A stretch of DNA of 64,000 nucleotides from Candidatus Borrarchaeum weybense (GCA_019057385.1 JAHQJS010000006.1:32001-96000); one strand, 5' to 3'. Shown: positions 20,245-31,229, counted from the first letter of the stretch. The notes: generated by a model from the letters alone, not told the origin. Numbers and translations: made by a program.

Positions 20245-21096
20245 ATGGGGGAAGAACAGAAACCCATTAAATATGAACCGGAGCGATCAATTAAACAAGG
20301 GTATATCTCGCTCTGGAAAGAAATGTTCAAGGATACAAGAGAAAGCAAATGGCTAATTCGTCAGCTTTTTTTAAGAGATTTTAAAGCAATGTATAATCAA
20401 TCACTATTAGGAGTTTTATGGGCAATTATCATACCTCTTATAACACTTGGAACCTTTATTGTTTTGAGAAGTTCGGGATTATTTAGTGTTGGGGCGATAG
20501 AGGTACCTTATCCTATCTATGCACTCTTGGGTTTGATATTCTGGCAATTATTTGTCACTGGGATTTTACAGAGCACAAATTCGTTGACAAGCGCGGGCAC
20601 GATGATTAAAAAAATTAATTTTCCTCGTGAGGCCTTGATCTTCGCATCCTTTGGTAATACAATTGTCTCTTTTCTAATTCAGATAGTGATCGTTTCTATA
20701 TTATTTAGTATTTATGGATTTGTCCCTAATTGGAAGTTTGTACTGTTTCCGCTCATGGTAATTCCAATATTACTATTGACCTGCGGTTTAGGGTTCATAT
20801 TTTCAATAATAAATGGTATAATACGAGATTTAGGGCGAATCCTTAGCCTTGGATTAACCTTTTTATTGTTTGTTACTCCTATACTTTACGAAATCCCCGA
20901 AAGTGGCGTTGTAGCCACACTAGCCCGTGTCAACCCTTTATTTTATCTTTCGACAGCACCGAGGGATATCGCCCTTACTGGAACAATAAGTTATCCGTTT
21001 GGATTTTTCATCTCCTGTGCACTTTCAGTTTTCGTTTTTTTCTTTTGCTGGATGGCCTTTCATCTGACTGAAACTAGAATAGCGGAGAGGATTTAG
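20245..21096 (+). CDS. wzm: ABC-2 polysaccharide exporter permease (copy 1)
   Basis: RDFKAMYNQSLLGVLWAII, IKKINFPRE, RDLG, TPILY, NPL. Confidence 0.9.
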   Translation: MGEEQKPIKYEPERSIKQGYISLWKEMFKDTRESKWLIRQLFLRDFKAMYNQSLLGVLWAIIIPLITLGTFIVLRSSGLFSVGAIEVPYPIYALLGLIFWQLFVTGILQSTNSLTSAGTMIKKINFPREALIFASFGNTIVSFLIQIVIVSILFSIYGFVPNWKFVLFPLMVIPILLLTCGLGFIFSIINGIIRDLGRILSLGLTFLLFVTPILYEIPESGVVATLARVNPLFYLSTAPRDIALTGTISYPFGFFISCALSVFVFFFCWMAFHLTETRIAERI

Positions 21097-21101
21097 GAAC
21101 T

Positions 21102-22391
21102 ATGATATTGCGAGAAAAAAATGCGTTTACATCAGTTGGGGACGAGGTTGTTATTAGAGTGGAAAATGTATCAAAGAAGTTTTCTAAGTCTCTCAAGAGG
21201 TCTATGATCTATGGCATTAAGGATACCATTAAAAATATTTTTAAGTCGTCCGCGAAACCTGATATACTCAGAAAAGGTGAATTCTGGGCAGTAAATAATA
21301 TTTCATTTGAATTAAAAATGGGAGAATGTTTCGGCATTATAGGTCCAAATGGTTCAGGTAAAACAACGCTATTATCAATGTTGAACGGGATTTTTATGCC
21401 TGATACAGGCACGATAACAATAAAAGGAAAAACAGGCGCGTTAATAGCTGTTGGAGCGGGATTTCATCCCATGCTAACAGGTAGGGAAAATATTTACATT
21501 AAAGGTGCCATTATGGGAATGAGCAAAGCTGAACTTGACTCGAAATTTGATACCATAGTTGAATTTGCTGACATAGGCGATTTTCTTGATATGCCCGTAA
21601 AAAACTATAGTTCTGGGATGTTTGTAAGACTAGGTTTCTCTGTTGCAGTACATTGTGAACCGGAAATTCTTTTGATAGATGAAGTACTTTCTGTCGGTGA
21701 TTTGTCTTTTCAAAATAAATGTCTCCAGCGTCTTGATGAACTTAGGGAGAAAACGAATGCTGTGGTGCTTGTTAGTCATAATCTGGAACATGTAAGGACT
21801 TTATGCGATAGAGTATTGGTATTAAATAGTGGAAAGCCTGTGTTTTTAGGAACGTCAACTCAAGCCATCCAAAAATATGAGGAAATCACTCGCGATAAAC
21901 GATTGAAAAATTTGGAGAGGACTGGTGGACTTAGCAGGTATTTATTTTACTCATCTGGAGACATTGAATTTCTAGAAGGGGGGATAATGAATGAGTTAGG
22001 AAAACAAATTGACGCAATATCAATAGATGATGACGTAATCACATTCATAAGATTTCGAGTAAAAAACTCCATAGACACAGCCATAATAGCTATCTCTATA
22101 TTGAACACGCGGCATACACTATGTATTTGGCAGTTCAGTAATGACAAAGATCCGACTAAATTCTACAAATTTGATAGGGGAGAATATCTTGTAAAGGCGA
22201 AATTCAAGAAACCAAGGTTGGCCCCAGGAGTTTACACGATTTCCTATTCCATAAGGGATCAAAAAAGCGGAGAGATATATGAGAAGAATATAGGGTTTGT
22301 TGCTCCATTTAAAGTAACCGGCAAAGCGTTTGAGCGTAGCGTAATTTATGTAGAAAGCGAATGGGATGTAGAAAAGATTAAGATGAACTGA
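21102..22391 (+). CDS. wzt: ABC polysaccharide exporter ATPase with C-terminal Wzt_C-type domain (copy 1)
   Basis: Walker A GPNGSGKT, YSSGM signature, LLIDEVLSVGD, about 170 aa C-terminal extension. Confidence 0.92.
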   Translation: MILREKNAFTSVGDEVVIRVENVSKKFSKSLKRSMIYGIKDTIKNIFKSSAKPDILRKGEFWAVNNISFELKMGECFGIIGPNGSGKTTLLSMLNGIFMPDTGTITIKGKTGALIAVGAGFHPMLTGRENIYIKGAIMGMSKAELDSKFDTIVEFADIGDFLDMPVKNYSSGMFVRLGFSVAVHCEPEILLIDEVLSVGDLSFQNKCLQRLDELREKTNAVVLVSHNLEHVRTLCDRVLVLNSGKPVFLGTSTQAIQKYEEITRDKRLKNLERTGGLSRYLFYSSGDIEFLEGGIMNELGKQIDAISIDDDVITFIRFRVKNSIDTAIIAISILNTRHTLCIWQFSNDKDPTKFYKFDRGEYLVKAKFKKPRLAPGVYTISYSIRDQKSGEIYEKNIGFVAPFKVTGKAFERSVIYVESEWDVEKIKMN

Positions 22392-22453
22392 TGAAGAAGA
22401 AATAACTTTATTCGTTTTGAGAAGAAACAAGCTGTAATGAATGGAGTCTTAGT

Positions 22454-23362
22454 ATGAAAAAATTAACGTCTTACGATTTTTACATAGTCATAAGATCTGC
22501 AAATGAAAGGTCTTTACCTCTTTGTCTGAAATCGGTTAGGTCTCTAGGTGTGGATTTTGAGGTCATTAACATAAATCCTTTTTGGAAAGCAGTGATTAAA
22601 ACATTTAAAATTGGAATCAAAAGAGGGAGAAGATTTACAGTTGGATTAGATGCAGATATTGTCTTATATAAAAACGCAATTGACACTTTCATTAGAGTTA
22701 TCACCAAAACGCCAAGATATTGGAAATATGATTTTGGCCTAAAAGATCGATTTTATCCTAATAAAATATGGGGAGTGCATGTCTATGAGACGAGGGCTCT
22801 TCCAATTGCACTTGAGAATTTACCAAAGAATATCCAAATAATCTCAAAGCCAGAACGTCGATTTTGTTTCGAACTCAGGAAGAAAGAATACAACGACATT
22901 AACGTTCCTGATATAGTCGGAGAACATGGTTATAATCAATATTACAGAGATATTTTCAATCGTTTCTTTCATAGAGCGATCAGGAATCCACGTCATAAGA
23001 AAAAAATTTTCAAAATTACTGATAATAATGAAAACGACACTGGTTACAATCAAAATTATTACAGGAATCTCCCCAACCGCGTCTTTAATAGAGTCGTTAA
23101 AAAACCATATCTTGAGAAAATAATTTTCAAGAACCTTGATAATCTTAAAACTGACCCAGAACTAATGATGGCATACTTAGGTTGGCAAGAAGGAGAATCT
23201 TTTCTTTACAAATATAAATTGAAAATGATGATGAAGAGATTACTTCTCCTAGGTAGAAAATTAAGTAAGGACGTATTTCTCCCAATGGACTTTAAGAAAC
23301 AGAAAGACATCAAAAAATATCTTAAGAGATATGGATTAAAAGAACTAGAACCTTTGAATTGA
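22454..23362 (+). CDS. GT-A/GT2-like protein with an internal duplication
   Basis: VGLDADIVL DxD motif; repeated segment GYNQ-YYR...IFK...DN. Confidence 0.6.
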   Translation: MKKLTSYDFYIVIRSANERSLPLCLKSVRSLGVDFEVININPFWKAVIKTFKIGIKRGRRFTVGLDADIVLYKNAIDTFIRVITKTPRYWKYDFGLKDRFYPNKIWGVHVYETRALPIALENLPKNIQIISKPERRFCFELRKKEYNDINVPDIVGEHGYNQYYRDIFNRFFHRAIRNPRHKKKIFKITDNNENDTGYNQNYYRNLPNRVFNRVVKKPYLEKIIFKNLDNLKTDPELMMAYLGWQEGESFLYKYKLKMMMKRLLLLGRKLSKDVFLPMDFKKQKDIKKYLKRYGLKELEPLN

Positions 23363-23428
23363 GATAATTAATTTTTAATTAAATAAGAGTAGAAAAAGAA
23401 TGCGTGAACCAATTTGTGTTGAAAGACC

Positions 23429-24484
23429 ATGAAAATTCATATATACTATGGTTTCAGGGAAGGCGCATGGGGAGGAGCGAATCAATTTTTGAAATATTTG
23501 AAAAATTATTTAATTTCACAGGATTTGTATGAGGAAGATCCGTTAAAGGCTTCCGTGATATTATTTAATAGTTATCCGTTTAGGGAAGAGTGGAGGTTTA
23601 AAAGATTATTGAAGATTAAACGTGATAATAAGATCATAATTCATCGAGTAGATGGACCTATTTCGATAGTCAGAGGACATGGAAAGTGGAAATATATCGA
23701 TGAAATAATTTATAAATTTAATAAATTAGCTGCTGATGGTACTATTTTTCAAAGTAGATGGTCTATGATAAATAATAAACACATTGGAATGAAATCAAAT
23801 GATTACGAAACAATATTACTTAATGGAACTGACCCGTCTGTTTTTAGTTATACAAAGTCTTTGATTGGAGAAAAAGTTAAACTGGTATGTTCAAGTTGGT
23901 CTTCTAATTGGAATAAGGGATTTAAACTATACAAATATCTAGATGAAAATTTGGATTTTTCCAAGTTTGAAATGTGTTTTATTGGTAATTCACCTATAAA
24001 GTTCAAAAACATAAAATATGTTAAACCATTGCCTCCTAAAAGCATTGCAAAAAAACTAAGGAATTATAATATTTATATTACGGCTAGTGTAAACGATCCA
24101 TGTTCAAATTCACTAATAGAAGCGATATCTGTTGGATTGCCAATAATTGCAATAAATAGTGGAGGAAATCCAGAAATATTAGAAAGAACAAATTCAGGTT
24201 TACTATTTAATAGTGAAAATGATGCTATTGAGAAGATCGAAGATTTGGTAAAAAATTATTCGGAAATAGTCAAAAAAATTAAACCCCTTACTATTGATGA
24301 CGTTGGAAAAAAATATGTGGAATTTAGTGAAAATTTAGAACCACGGAAGAAAATATCTACTGGAGATGTTTTTAGGTTTATGAACTTTTTTTACTTCAAG
24401 AAAATAATAAGTGGAGAGACAAAATGGATACGGAAATGTTGTATGAACTTAAAGATAAAATTCTTATGTTTTTGCAGAAGATGA
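23429..24484 (+). CDS. GT4-like glycosyltransferase
   Basis: WGGANQF, HRVDGP, YITASVNDPCSNSLIEA, SGGNPE. Confidence 0.85.
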   Translation: MKIHIYYGFREGAWGGANQFLKYLKNYLISQDLYEEDPLKASVILFNSYPFREEWRFKRLLKIKRDNKIIIHRVDGPISIVRGHGKWKYIDEIIYKFNKLAADGTIFQSRWSMINNKHIGMKSNDYETILLNGTDPSVFSYTKSLIGEKVKLVCSSWSSNWNKGFKLYKYLDENLDFSKFEMCFIGNSPIKFKNIKYVKPLPPKSIAKKLRNYNIYITASVNDPCSNSLIEAISVGLPIIAINSGGNPEILERTNSGLLFNSENDAIEKIEDLVKNYSEIVKKIKPLTIDDVGKKYVEFSENLEPRKKISTGDVFRFMNFFYFKKIISGETKWIRKCCMNLKIKFLCFCRR

Positions 24485-25503
24485 AAGGCAAAAATGGATT
24501 CTATAGATATTCTCTCTCTGGAGATTTATATGATGAGAATATACACTGGGGGCTTGGAAATTCTATTTTTGCACTTAGATTATACTATATGATAAATTCT
24601 CTTGAAAATAAAGACTTAAATGATATATATAATGTTGTTATTTCATACCAAAGACCAAATGGATACATATATGACGATTATCTACACAGAAAAACACTTT
24701 CTATGGGAAAGATACTTTCTTCAATAAAAAATCTTCGATTAAGAAATTTATTCCGAGAAAAAGAAAAAAGAGCTGAAACAAGACAGTCCTTCTCCTCGCT
24801 CTTTATGATACGCAAAAAACCTCCCATTCCCTTTTATGATTTTCCAAAATCAGAAGCATCGATAGAAAAATATCTTTCTACCTTAAATTGGAATAAGCCT
24901 TGGGATGCAGGCAGTCATTTTAGTATTTTAATTTTCTTTTTGTTTAATATGAAGAGGTTCTATCCTAGATATTTTGACTATGATGCAAATGAACTAATTA
25001 ATTATGCCCTTGGATGGATAAATGAAATTCAAAATGATGATGGAAGCTGGTATATTGGTAATACAACCTCGAATCAAAAAATAAATGGTGCTATGAAAAT
25101 ACTAACGGGATTGAATGTAACGAGTGAGCCGATTAATAACCCCGAGAAACTTATAGATTTATCTCTTAGGACGATAAATGATAGTCAGGCCTGCGATAAC
25201 TTCAATATTGTCTATGTTCTTTACAACTGTTCAAAACAAATTAACTTCGCGTATAGGCAGGACGAAATTGAAAGATTTTTTGAGGATAGGCTAAGATTAT
25301 ACCAGAAATATTATTTTAAAGATATCGGGGGATTTTCTTTTCATCCAAATAAATCAAATGAATCTTATTATGGTGCGAAAATAACAAAAGGATTATGCGA
25401 ACCCGATATCCACGGAACAATGTTATTTACATGGGGCATAAGCTTAATCTCAGAAGTTCTGGGTATTAATAAAGAGATAGGTTTAAAACCCTTTATCCCA
25501 TAG
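24424..25503 (+). CDS. Uncharacterised protein, probable alpha-barrel with prenyltransferase-like repeats
   Basis: Long ORF with SD GGAG; repeats YQRPNGY, IQNDDGSW, IGGFSF; overlaps the upstream GT by 61 bp. Confidence 0.6.
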   Translation: MDTEMLYELKDKILMFLQKMKGKNGFYRYSLSGDLYDENIHWGLGNSIFALRLYYMINSLENKDLNDIYNVVISYQRPNGYIYDDYLHRKTLSMGKILSSIKNLRLRNLFREKEKRAETRQSFSSLFMIRKKPPIPFYDFPKSEASIEKYLSTLNWNKPWDAGSHFSILIFFLFNMKRFYPRYFDYDANELINYALGWINEIQNDDGSWYIGNTTSNQKINGAMKILTGLNVTSEPINNPEKLIDLSLRTINDSQACDNFNIVYVLYNCSKQINFAYRQDEIERFFEDRLRLYQKYYFKDIGGFSFHPNKSNESYYGAKITKGLCEPDIHGTMLFTWGISLISEVLGINKEIGLKPFIP

Positions 25504-25693
25504 GCATTTCTCAATATAATTGGCTAGAATATCTGAAACTAGGACAATCAAAACACTATTAATTAAGCTTTGGGGAGAAATGGGATTGAATATATGATGC
25601 AATAGGATCGAAAAGTGAAAAAACCATCGCAAACATAAAGATTACGTCAAAAAAAAACGACCGAAAAAATGACTAAAATGTCAATGCATTGAA

Positions 25694-26779
25694 GTGAAAA
25701 GAACTATGAAAAAGATCTACAACTACTTTTTTTCTCGATTTAAAAGGCCTCATACTATATTGTACTACATTATAGAATCAGCGGACTGGGTGATCAGATG
25801 GATCGGCAACGAAATATCAGAAAAAATGAACAGTCAAAAACTTTTAAAGACCATAGCAACCAATACCCACGCTTGTATTCATAATCAGATAATCCATTTT
25901 GGCAGTAGAAATTTCTTGCTAAGGAATTCTTGGAGAACTGTTGACTCAAGCAACAAGATTGTGTTAAGTTGGTATCATGGTTCAGAGAAAGACAAGACGC
26001 CGTCAAATCTGGCGATGATAAAAACTTTACCTGAAGCTTGTGAAAAGGTTGATGTGATCCATACAGCATGCAAAATATCGAGAGAGAAATTGATAAATTG
26101 GGGCGTTCCAGAAGAAAAGATTGTACTTATCCCTTTTGGAGTTAATCTGGAAATTTTCAAACATGTGTCAGTAGCACAGAAAAACAAAATCAGAAAAACT
26201 CTTGGCTTACCACAAGACAAGATTGTTATAGGATCTTTCCAGAAAGATGGATTAGGATGGGGAGAGGGGCTGGAGCCGAAATTAGTGAAGGGCCCTGATA
26301 TCTTTGTAGAAGTTGTTGATAGGTTATATAGAGACTATGATATAATAGCTTTTATTCTTGGCCCTGCAAGAGGTTACGTAAAAAGAGAGTTAGAGAAAAG
26401 AGGAGTCCCATATCTACATGATTCTACTAGTGGTTGGAGTATGACATCAAAATTCTATCATGCTTTAGATTTGTACTTGGTGACATCTAGAGAAGAAGGT
26501 GGTCCACTGGCAATATTAGAAGCAATGGCTACTGGAGTACCATTAGTGAGTACAAAGGTTGGCATGTCACCAGACGTTATAATAGATGGATATAATGGCC
26601 TCCTGAGTGAATTAGAGGATGTGCATATGTTGGTAAGAAAAGCGACAAGTATAATAGAAGATAAAGAGTTAGCCTATCAATTAGTAGCGAATGGACTGAA
26701 AACTGTCAAGAATTATTCATGGGAGAAGATATGTAGGCGTCATTACGAAGAAATCTATTCAAGGTTTATCACAACGTAA
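25694..26779 (+). CDS. GT4-like glycosyltransferase
   Basis: IGSFQKD, KGPD, TSREEGGPLAILEAM. Confidence 0.88.
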   Translation: MKRTMKKIYNYFFSRFKRPHTILYYIIESADWVIRWIGNEISEKMNSQKLLKTIATNTHACIHNQIIHFGSRNFLLRNSWRTVDSSNKIVLSWYHGSEKDKTPSNLAMIKTLPEACEKVDVIHTACKISREKLINWGVPEEKIVLIPFGVNLEIFKHVSVAQKNKIRKTLGLPQDKIVIGSFQKDGLGWGEGLEPKLVKGPDIFVEVVDRLYRDYDIIAFILGPARGYVKRELEKRGVPYLHDSTSGWSMTSKFYHALDLYLVTSREEGGPLAILEAMATGVPLVSTKVGMSPDVIIDGYNGLLSELEDVHMLVRKATSIIEDKELAYQLVANGLKTVKNYSWEKICRRHYEEIYSRFITT

Positions 26780-26898
26780 TATTGGAAAAAGACACAATGA
26801 AGTCTTATGTCTAATGAATATACAAAAATGACAAAAGAAGTTAGAAAGTGCATAACAAGTAATACAAATAGTAGTGATTAAGATAGAGGAGAAAATGT

Positions 26899-27561
26899 AT
26901 GAATGTCAACAATGGATCAAAAAAGCATACTGTGGAAATAGAGCCACATCTTGATTGGTCTAAATATAAAACAAATTTTCTTGACTCTTTGAGAAGTAAA
27001 CCTATAAGAGAACTGTTGAAAAAGAAAATTATAGCATATATTGTAAACGAAGGTTTCTCTAAAATAATGGAAATTGGTTTTGGGAGTGGATATGAGTATA
27101 AGCGTTTAAGAGACGATTTAAAAAGATATAATGCCAAATACATAGGTGTCGATTATACTCTCAAGTTTGTTGAAGAGGCGAGAAAAAAGTATCCCAAAAT
27201 CGATTGGTTTCAGGGAGATATCAGAAGTTTAGATTTTGAAGATAATGCAGTTGATTTAATTTTTGCCTATCATGTTTTAGAACACCAAAAAGGTTTACCA
27301 GACGTTAGAAAAGCAATTAAGGAAATGTGCCGAGTAGCAAAAGAGAAAGTAATAATTATTTGGTTTAAAGCCCCCTCAATAGTTGATAAAACAAGCCACT
27401 GGAGAGATGGCAATTTTTTTGTTTATAAATATAGTGCCGCAGATATTTGGAGGATAGTCTTAGAAACTGATTTTATTGTAAAAGAAATTTTATGGGAGAA
27501 TCCCTGGCAAAATACTGTTTGGACTCTTGAAAAAAAGAAGAAACCTGAAGAAATCTACTGA
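26899..27561 (+). CDS. Class I SAM-dependent methyltransferase
   Basis: MEIGFGSG, GVDY, GDIRSLDF, VLEH, EMCRV. Confidence 0.88.
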   Translation: MNVNNGSKKHTVEIEPHLDWSKYKTNFLDSLRSKPIRELLKKKIIAYIVNEGFSKIMEIGFGSGYEYKRLRDDLKRYNAKYIGVDYTLKFVEEARKKYPKIDWFQGDIRSLDFEDNAVDLIFAYHVLEHQKGLPDVRKAIKEMCRVAKEKVIIIWFKAPSIVDKTSHWRDGNFFVYKYSAADIWRIVLETDFIVKEILWENPWQNTVWTLEKKKKPEEIY

Positions 27562-27660
27562 AAAATAAAAAAGTTTCCTGAAAGCTTTCATAAAGAATTT
27601 GGAGATGAGTAAATTCAGGTTATCATTATACCGACTCGTAAAACCTGTAGGCGACCCAAT

Positions 27661-28680
27661 ATGAAAAACTATGAATTTGTCAAAATGCCCTGCACTCCGA
27701 ACACTGTTGGAGTAAGAACTCCAAATGGTATAACTGAATTGTATGGAATATGGCCATTAATCGACGAAAATTTGCGTTTTCTTAACATCATTGCTGTTGG
27801 TCATAAGAGTGGCATACATGACAAAGTTCACCTTCCTTTAACAAAAAAATTGTTTCCAACAGCAAAGTATATTTTCAACTGCCAAAGTGGTCCTTATCTA
27901 GTTTCACATTACAATGAGGTTCTTGAGTTCTTTGATGGACATATGACATTGGATTATGACCGTTCAAATTCCAAATCTCTTTACATGAGCCATTCAATGA
28001 TGGTAAGAAGCATGCCCTTCGAAAATCTTTTCTGGGAACCCCAAAAAGTAAAGAAATGGGATTTCAGCATTCTCACTAGAGTTGGAGACAATAATGCGAA
28101 GAGGTGGGATCGATGCATAAGGATTGTGGACAAACTATGCTCTAATGGTTTAACTGGCCTAGTATTTACGCAAAGAGATGATTTTTCAAAAGTATTAAGA
28201 TCAAGGTTTTCAAAAGAGAGAATTTTTAAGAAATACGTAGAAGCTGGACTTTTATATCTTTCTAGTTATATAGATCATCACAAATTTCACAAACTGCAGA
28301 GCATGGCACGAGTAAGTATTTTTCCGAATACTTGTGATGCATTTCCTAAGAATATTATTGAAAATGTACTTGCAGACAAGATGGTGGTCATAAGTAGAGA
28401 TCTTTTATATGGAAAATCCGTTATTACACCGGAATTTGGAGAATGCTTAGATTTCGACTCACGTTCATCCTTAGAGAGATGTTTAGAAATTGTAGAAAAA
28501 GAAAAGATGAGAAAAAGTCCTCTCAATAATCGACAAAAATGGTTAAAAAAATATAGCTTTGGCCCATTGGCAGCACTCTGGGCTGAAGAGTTAAATGCGA
28601 AATTTAATACAGACAGCAAACTTGCTTTCTTTATGAATCATATTGAACGAATAAAAAAAATGAACTCAATTTTAGCCTAA
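27661..28680 (+). CDS. Divergent GT-B glycosyltransferase-like protein
   Basis: SIFPNTCDAFPKNIIENVLAD resembles the GT4 D/E-X7-E loop. Confidence 0.55.
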   Translation: MKNYEFVKMPCTPNTVGVRTPNGITELYGIWPLIDENLRFLNIIAVGHKSGIHDKVHLPLTKKLFPTAKYIFNCQSGPYLVSHYNEVLEFFDGHMTLDYDRSNSKSLYMSHSMMVRSMPFENLFWEPQKVKKWDFSILTRVGDNNAKRWDRCIRIVDKLCSNGLTGLVFTQRDDFSKVLRSRFSKERIFKKYVEAGLLYLSSYIDHHKFHKLQSMARVSIFPNTCDAFPKNIIENVLADKMVVISRDLLYGKSVITPEFGECLDFDSRSSLERCLEIVEKEKMRKSPLNNRQKWLKKYSFGPLAALWAEELNAKFNTDSKLAFFMNHIERIKKMNSILA

Positions 28681-28755
28681 GAGACTCTATTTTCTAGCTA
28701 TTGAGACTTTTTAGAAACTCGCCTAATAGCATAGGATATATTGGTGAGATTTATT

Positions 28756-29886
28756 ATGAGAATTACGGACACCACGCTAACTTTGTTTTTCACTCGAAAC
28801 ATGAGTTTGAAGGAGTGGTCGGACATCGGTATTATTGAACGAGAACTTTTGATATACAAGAAACTCTCGATGCATCTGAAGAAAGTCAATATAGTAACAT
28901 ATGGAGGCCGCAAAGACAAATTTTATTCTAGAAAACTTGGGGCTATTAATGTTTTGCCAGTGACATGGCACACTAGGACAACTACCATTCTTCATTTATT
29001 GATGAAATATTATCCTGAAATTAAGAACTCAAGTATATTAAAGACAAATCAGATTTCAGGTTCTGAAATTCCTTTATGGTTCAAAAAGAAATTCGGGAAA
29101 AAATTAATCGTGCGGTGCGGCTATTTATATGCTCAATTCACATTCAAACTGACAAAAGACGAGGCAACGCGTAAGAAGGCCTATAGGTTAGAACGTGATG
29201 CTTTCTCATTTGCTGACGTGGGGATCGTATCATCTCTCAGGGATCGCGAATATGTCTTAGCAGAATATAGGATTAAGCCTGAGAAAATAAAGGTTATACC
29301 AAATTATGTAGCGACTGATATTTTTAGACCGATTCCATCAATCCAAAAAAACTACGATTTAGTTTATGTTGGAAGAGGTGGAGCCCAAAAAAACTTAGAG
29401 AATCTATTAAAAGCGATAAAATATCTCAAAACAGAAAAGCATATACCATCATTGTTGATGATAGGAAACTGCTGTTATGATAGTAAGATCAAGCGAATGA
29501 TAGATAAATATGAGTTAGATGTGGCATTAAATGGTATTATCCCAAATTTTAAACTTCCCCAGATAATTAATCAAGCTAGGATTTTCGTTCTTCCTTCATA
29601 CTTTGAGGGTCACCCTAAAGCATTGCTTGAAGCTATGAGTTGTGGAATACCATGTCTTGGAACTAATGTTACTGGAATAAAGAACGATATTGAACATTTG
29701 GTCACGGGTTATTTGTCCGAGACTGATTTTAAAAGCATTGCAGACTCAATAGGCACACTTTTGTCTGATGAATCACTTCAATTCAAACTTGGCAGAAGAG
29801 CACGAAATTATATCTTAAAAAATTATTCGCTAGATAAGATATTACAAATGGAACTTGAAGTCATAGGAGAGGTACTTGCCTCATGA
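28756..29886 (+). CDS. GT4 glycosyltransferase (module copy 1)
   Basis: LTLFFT...RELLIY, LKTNQ, LPSYFEGHPKALLEAMSCG. ATG 28756 aligns with the start of paralog 53569-54699. Confidence 0.92.
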   Translation: MRITDTTLTLFFTRNMSLKEWSDIGIIERELLIYKKLSMHLKKVNIVTYGGRKDKFYSRKLGAINVLPVTWHTRTTTILHLLMKYYPEIKNSSILKTNQISGSEIPLWFKKKFGKKLIVRCGYLYAQFTFKLTKDEATRKKAYRLERDAFSFADVGIVSSLRDREYVLAEYRIKPEKIKVIPNYVATDIFRPIPSIQKNYDLVYVGRGGAQKNLENLLKAIKYLKTEKHIPSLLMIGNCCYDSKIKRMIDKYELDVALNGIIPNFKLPQIINQARIFVLPSYFEGHPKALLEAMSCGIPCLGTNVTGIKNDIEHLVTGYLSETDFKSIADSIGTLLSDESLQFKLGRRARNYILKNYSLDKILQMELEVIGEVLAS

Positions 29887-30171
29887 ATCTACATAAAATC
29901 TTGTTTAGACCTGTAATGTCCCCTTTAAGCAAATTATCGCTAGAAAAAATGGTATCAATAATTATGCTTATTCTTCAAGAATTGGCATTTTAAGAACATA
30001 TGCATACCAGATATCATATTTGTTTCATTGAAAATATAGCTAATGGCAACATATTTTAGACGTTGTTTGCGGAAATAGCTTTTTAGTGAAATAATATAGT
30101 TGCTAACAAGAGGATCTAGATTATTTGGATAGATCTAAATAGAAATTTGGGTTGTAGTAAAATCAATATAA
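29883..30171 (+). pseudogene. Eroded methyltransferase, paralog of 41973-42737
   Basis: ATGA-coupled start; fragments TRYHICFIENI, HILDVVCGNSF, IDLN, EIWVVVKSI* with stops, frameshifts and large deletions. Confidence 0.8.
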
Positions 30172-30183
30172 GGGATCTAAAAC

Positions 30184-31191
30184 ATGATAAATGAATCAAA
30201 AATCAGTGTAGTAATGTCGGTCTTCAACGGAGAAAAATATCTTGGTGAAGCTGTTGATAGCATCCTAAATCAAACCTTCAAAGATTTTGAATTCATTGTC
30301 ATAAATGATGGCTCTACCGATGGCACACGAGAGATTCTTGAGTCATATAATGATTCACGTATTGTTTTAATTCACCAAGAAAACATAGGGTTAACAAAAT
30401 CCTTAAATAAAGGGATCGCACTGGCAAAAGGAGAATATATTGCACGCCAGGATGCCGATGATATTTCAATGCCCGAAAGACTTGAAAAACAGATCGAATT
30501 CTTAGAAAATCATAAAAATATTGTTCTCCTTGGCACTGCAATAAAATGTATTGACATTAATGGAGTTCATCTCAAAACAGTTAAATACCCACATGACTAT
30601 ACTTCCATCCGGAAGGCCATAAATCGATTTAATTGCTTTTATCATGGTTCAGTAATTTTTAAACGGCACTGTTTTCTTGAACTAGGAGGTTATCGGGAAT
30701 TTTTCATAAAATCACAAGATTACGACTTGTGGCTGAGGTTTGTAGAAAAATTTGAGGCTGCAAATTTATCACTTCCTCTATATAAATACCGTTTCAGCCG
30801 CACTTCTTTTGCGTTTAATAACCTTGTTTCCAAAAAAAGAATGGCAAAATTCGCAAGACAATTGAATAACACAAGAAAGAGTGAGGTTAATAAGCAAAGT
30901 CTCATTCAAGATTTAAAGATTTTTTTTAAATCTCCATTATCATTAGCAGAAAAAAAAGATATACTTCAAATCTACAATCACTGGGCTGAATTGTTGTTAG
31001 TAAATAATATTAAAAAAGAAGCCTTTCTACTGCTTGATGACTCTTTTGAAAATCTCCCTTCTTACCTATACAAATTTCTCTTTAGAATTGTTAAGTTTAC
31101 TCGCTCATCGTTTCTCCTCAGGATGCTTATAAAATTGATTAAAATGTTTTTGATATTGCCAACTCCAAGTTTTTACATATATCTTGTCTAA
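30184..31191 (+). CDS. GT2 glycosyltransferase
   Basis: SVVMSVFNGE, INDGSTD, ARQDADD, QDYDLWLR. Confidence 0.93.
   Translation: MINESKISVVMSVFNGEKYLGEAVDSILNQTFKDFEFIVINDGSTDGTREILESYNDSRIVLIHQENIGLTKSLNKGIALAKGEYIARQDADDISMPERLEKQIEFLENHKNIVLLGTAIKCIDINGVHLKTVKYPHDYTSIRKAINRFNCFYHGSVIFKRHCFLELGGYREFFIKSQDYDLWLRFVEKFEAANLSLPLYKYRFSRTSFAFNNLVSKKRMAKFARQLNNTRKSEVNKQSLIQDLKIFFKSPLSLAEKKDILQIYNHWAELLLVNNIKKEAFLLLDDSFENLPSYLYKFLFRIVKFTRSSFLLRMLIKLIKMFLILPTPSFYIYLV
30259..30508 (+). repeat. 250-bp near-perfect inverted repeat, left copy (partner 41636-41885)
   Basis: Manual alignment gives 248/250 identity; mismatches at 30279 and 30318 are both synonymous C/T. Confidence 0.95.
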
Positions 31192-31229
31192 AGATACCTA
31201 GAATTCATGGGGGTTGTTCGGATGTGTAG

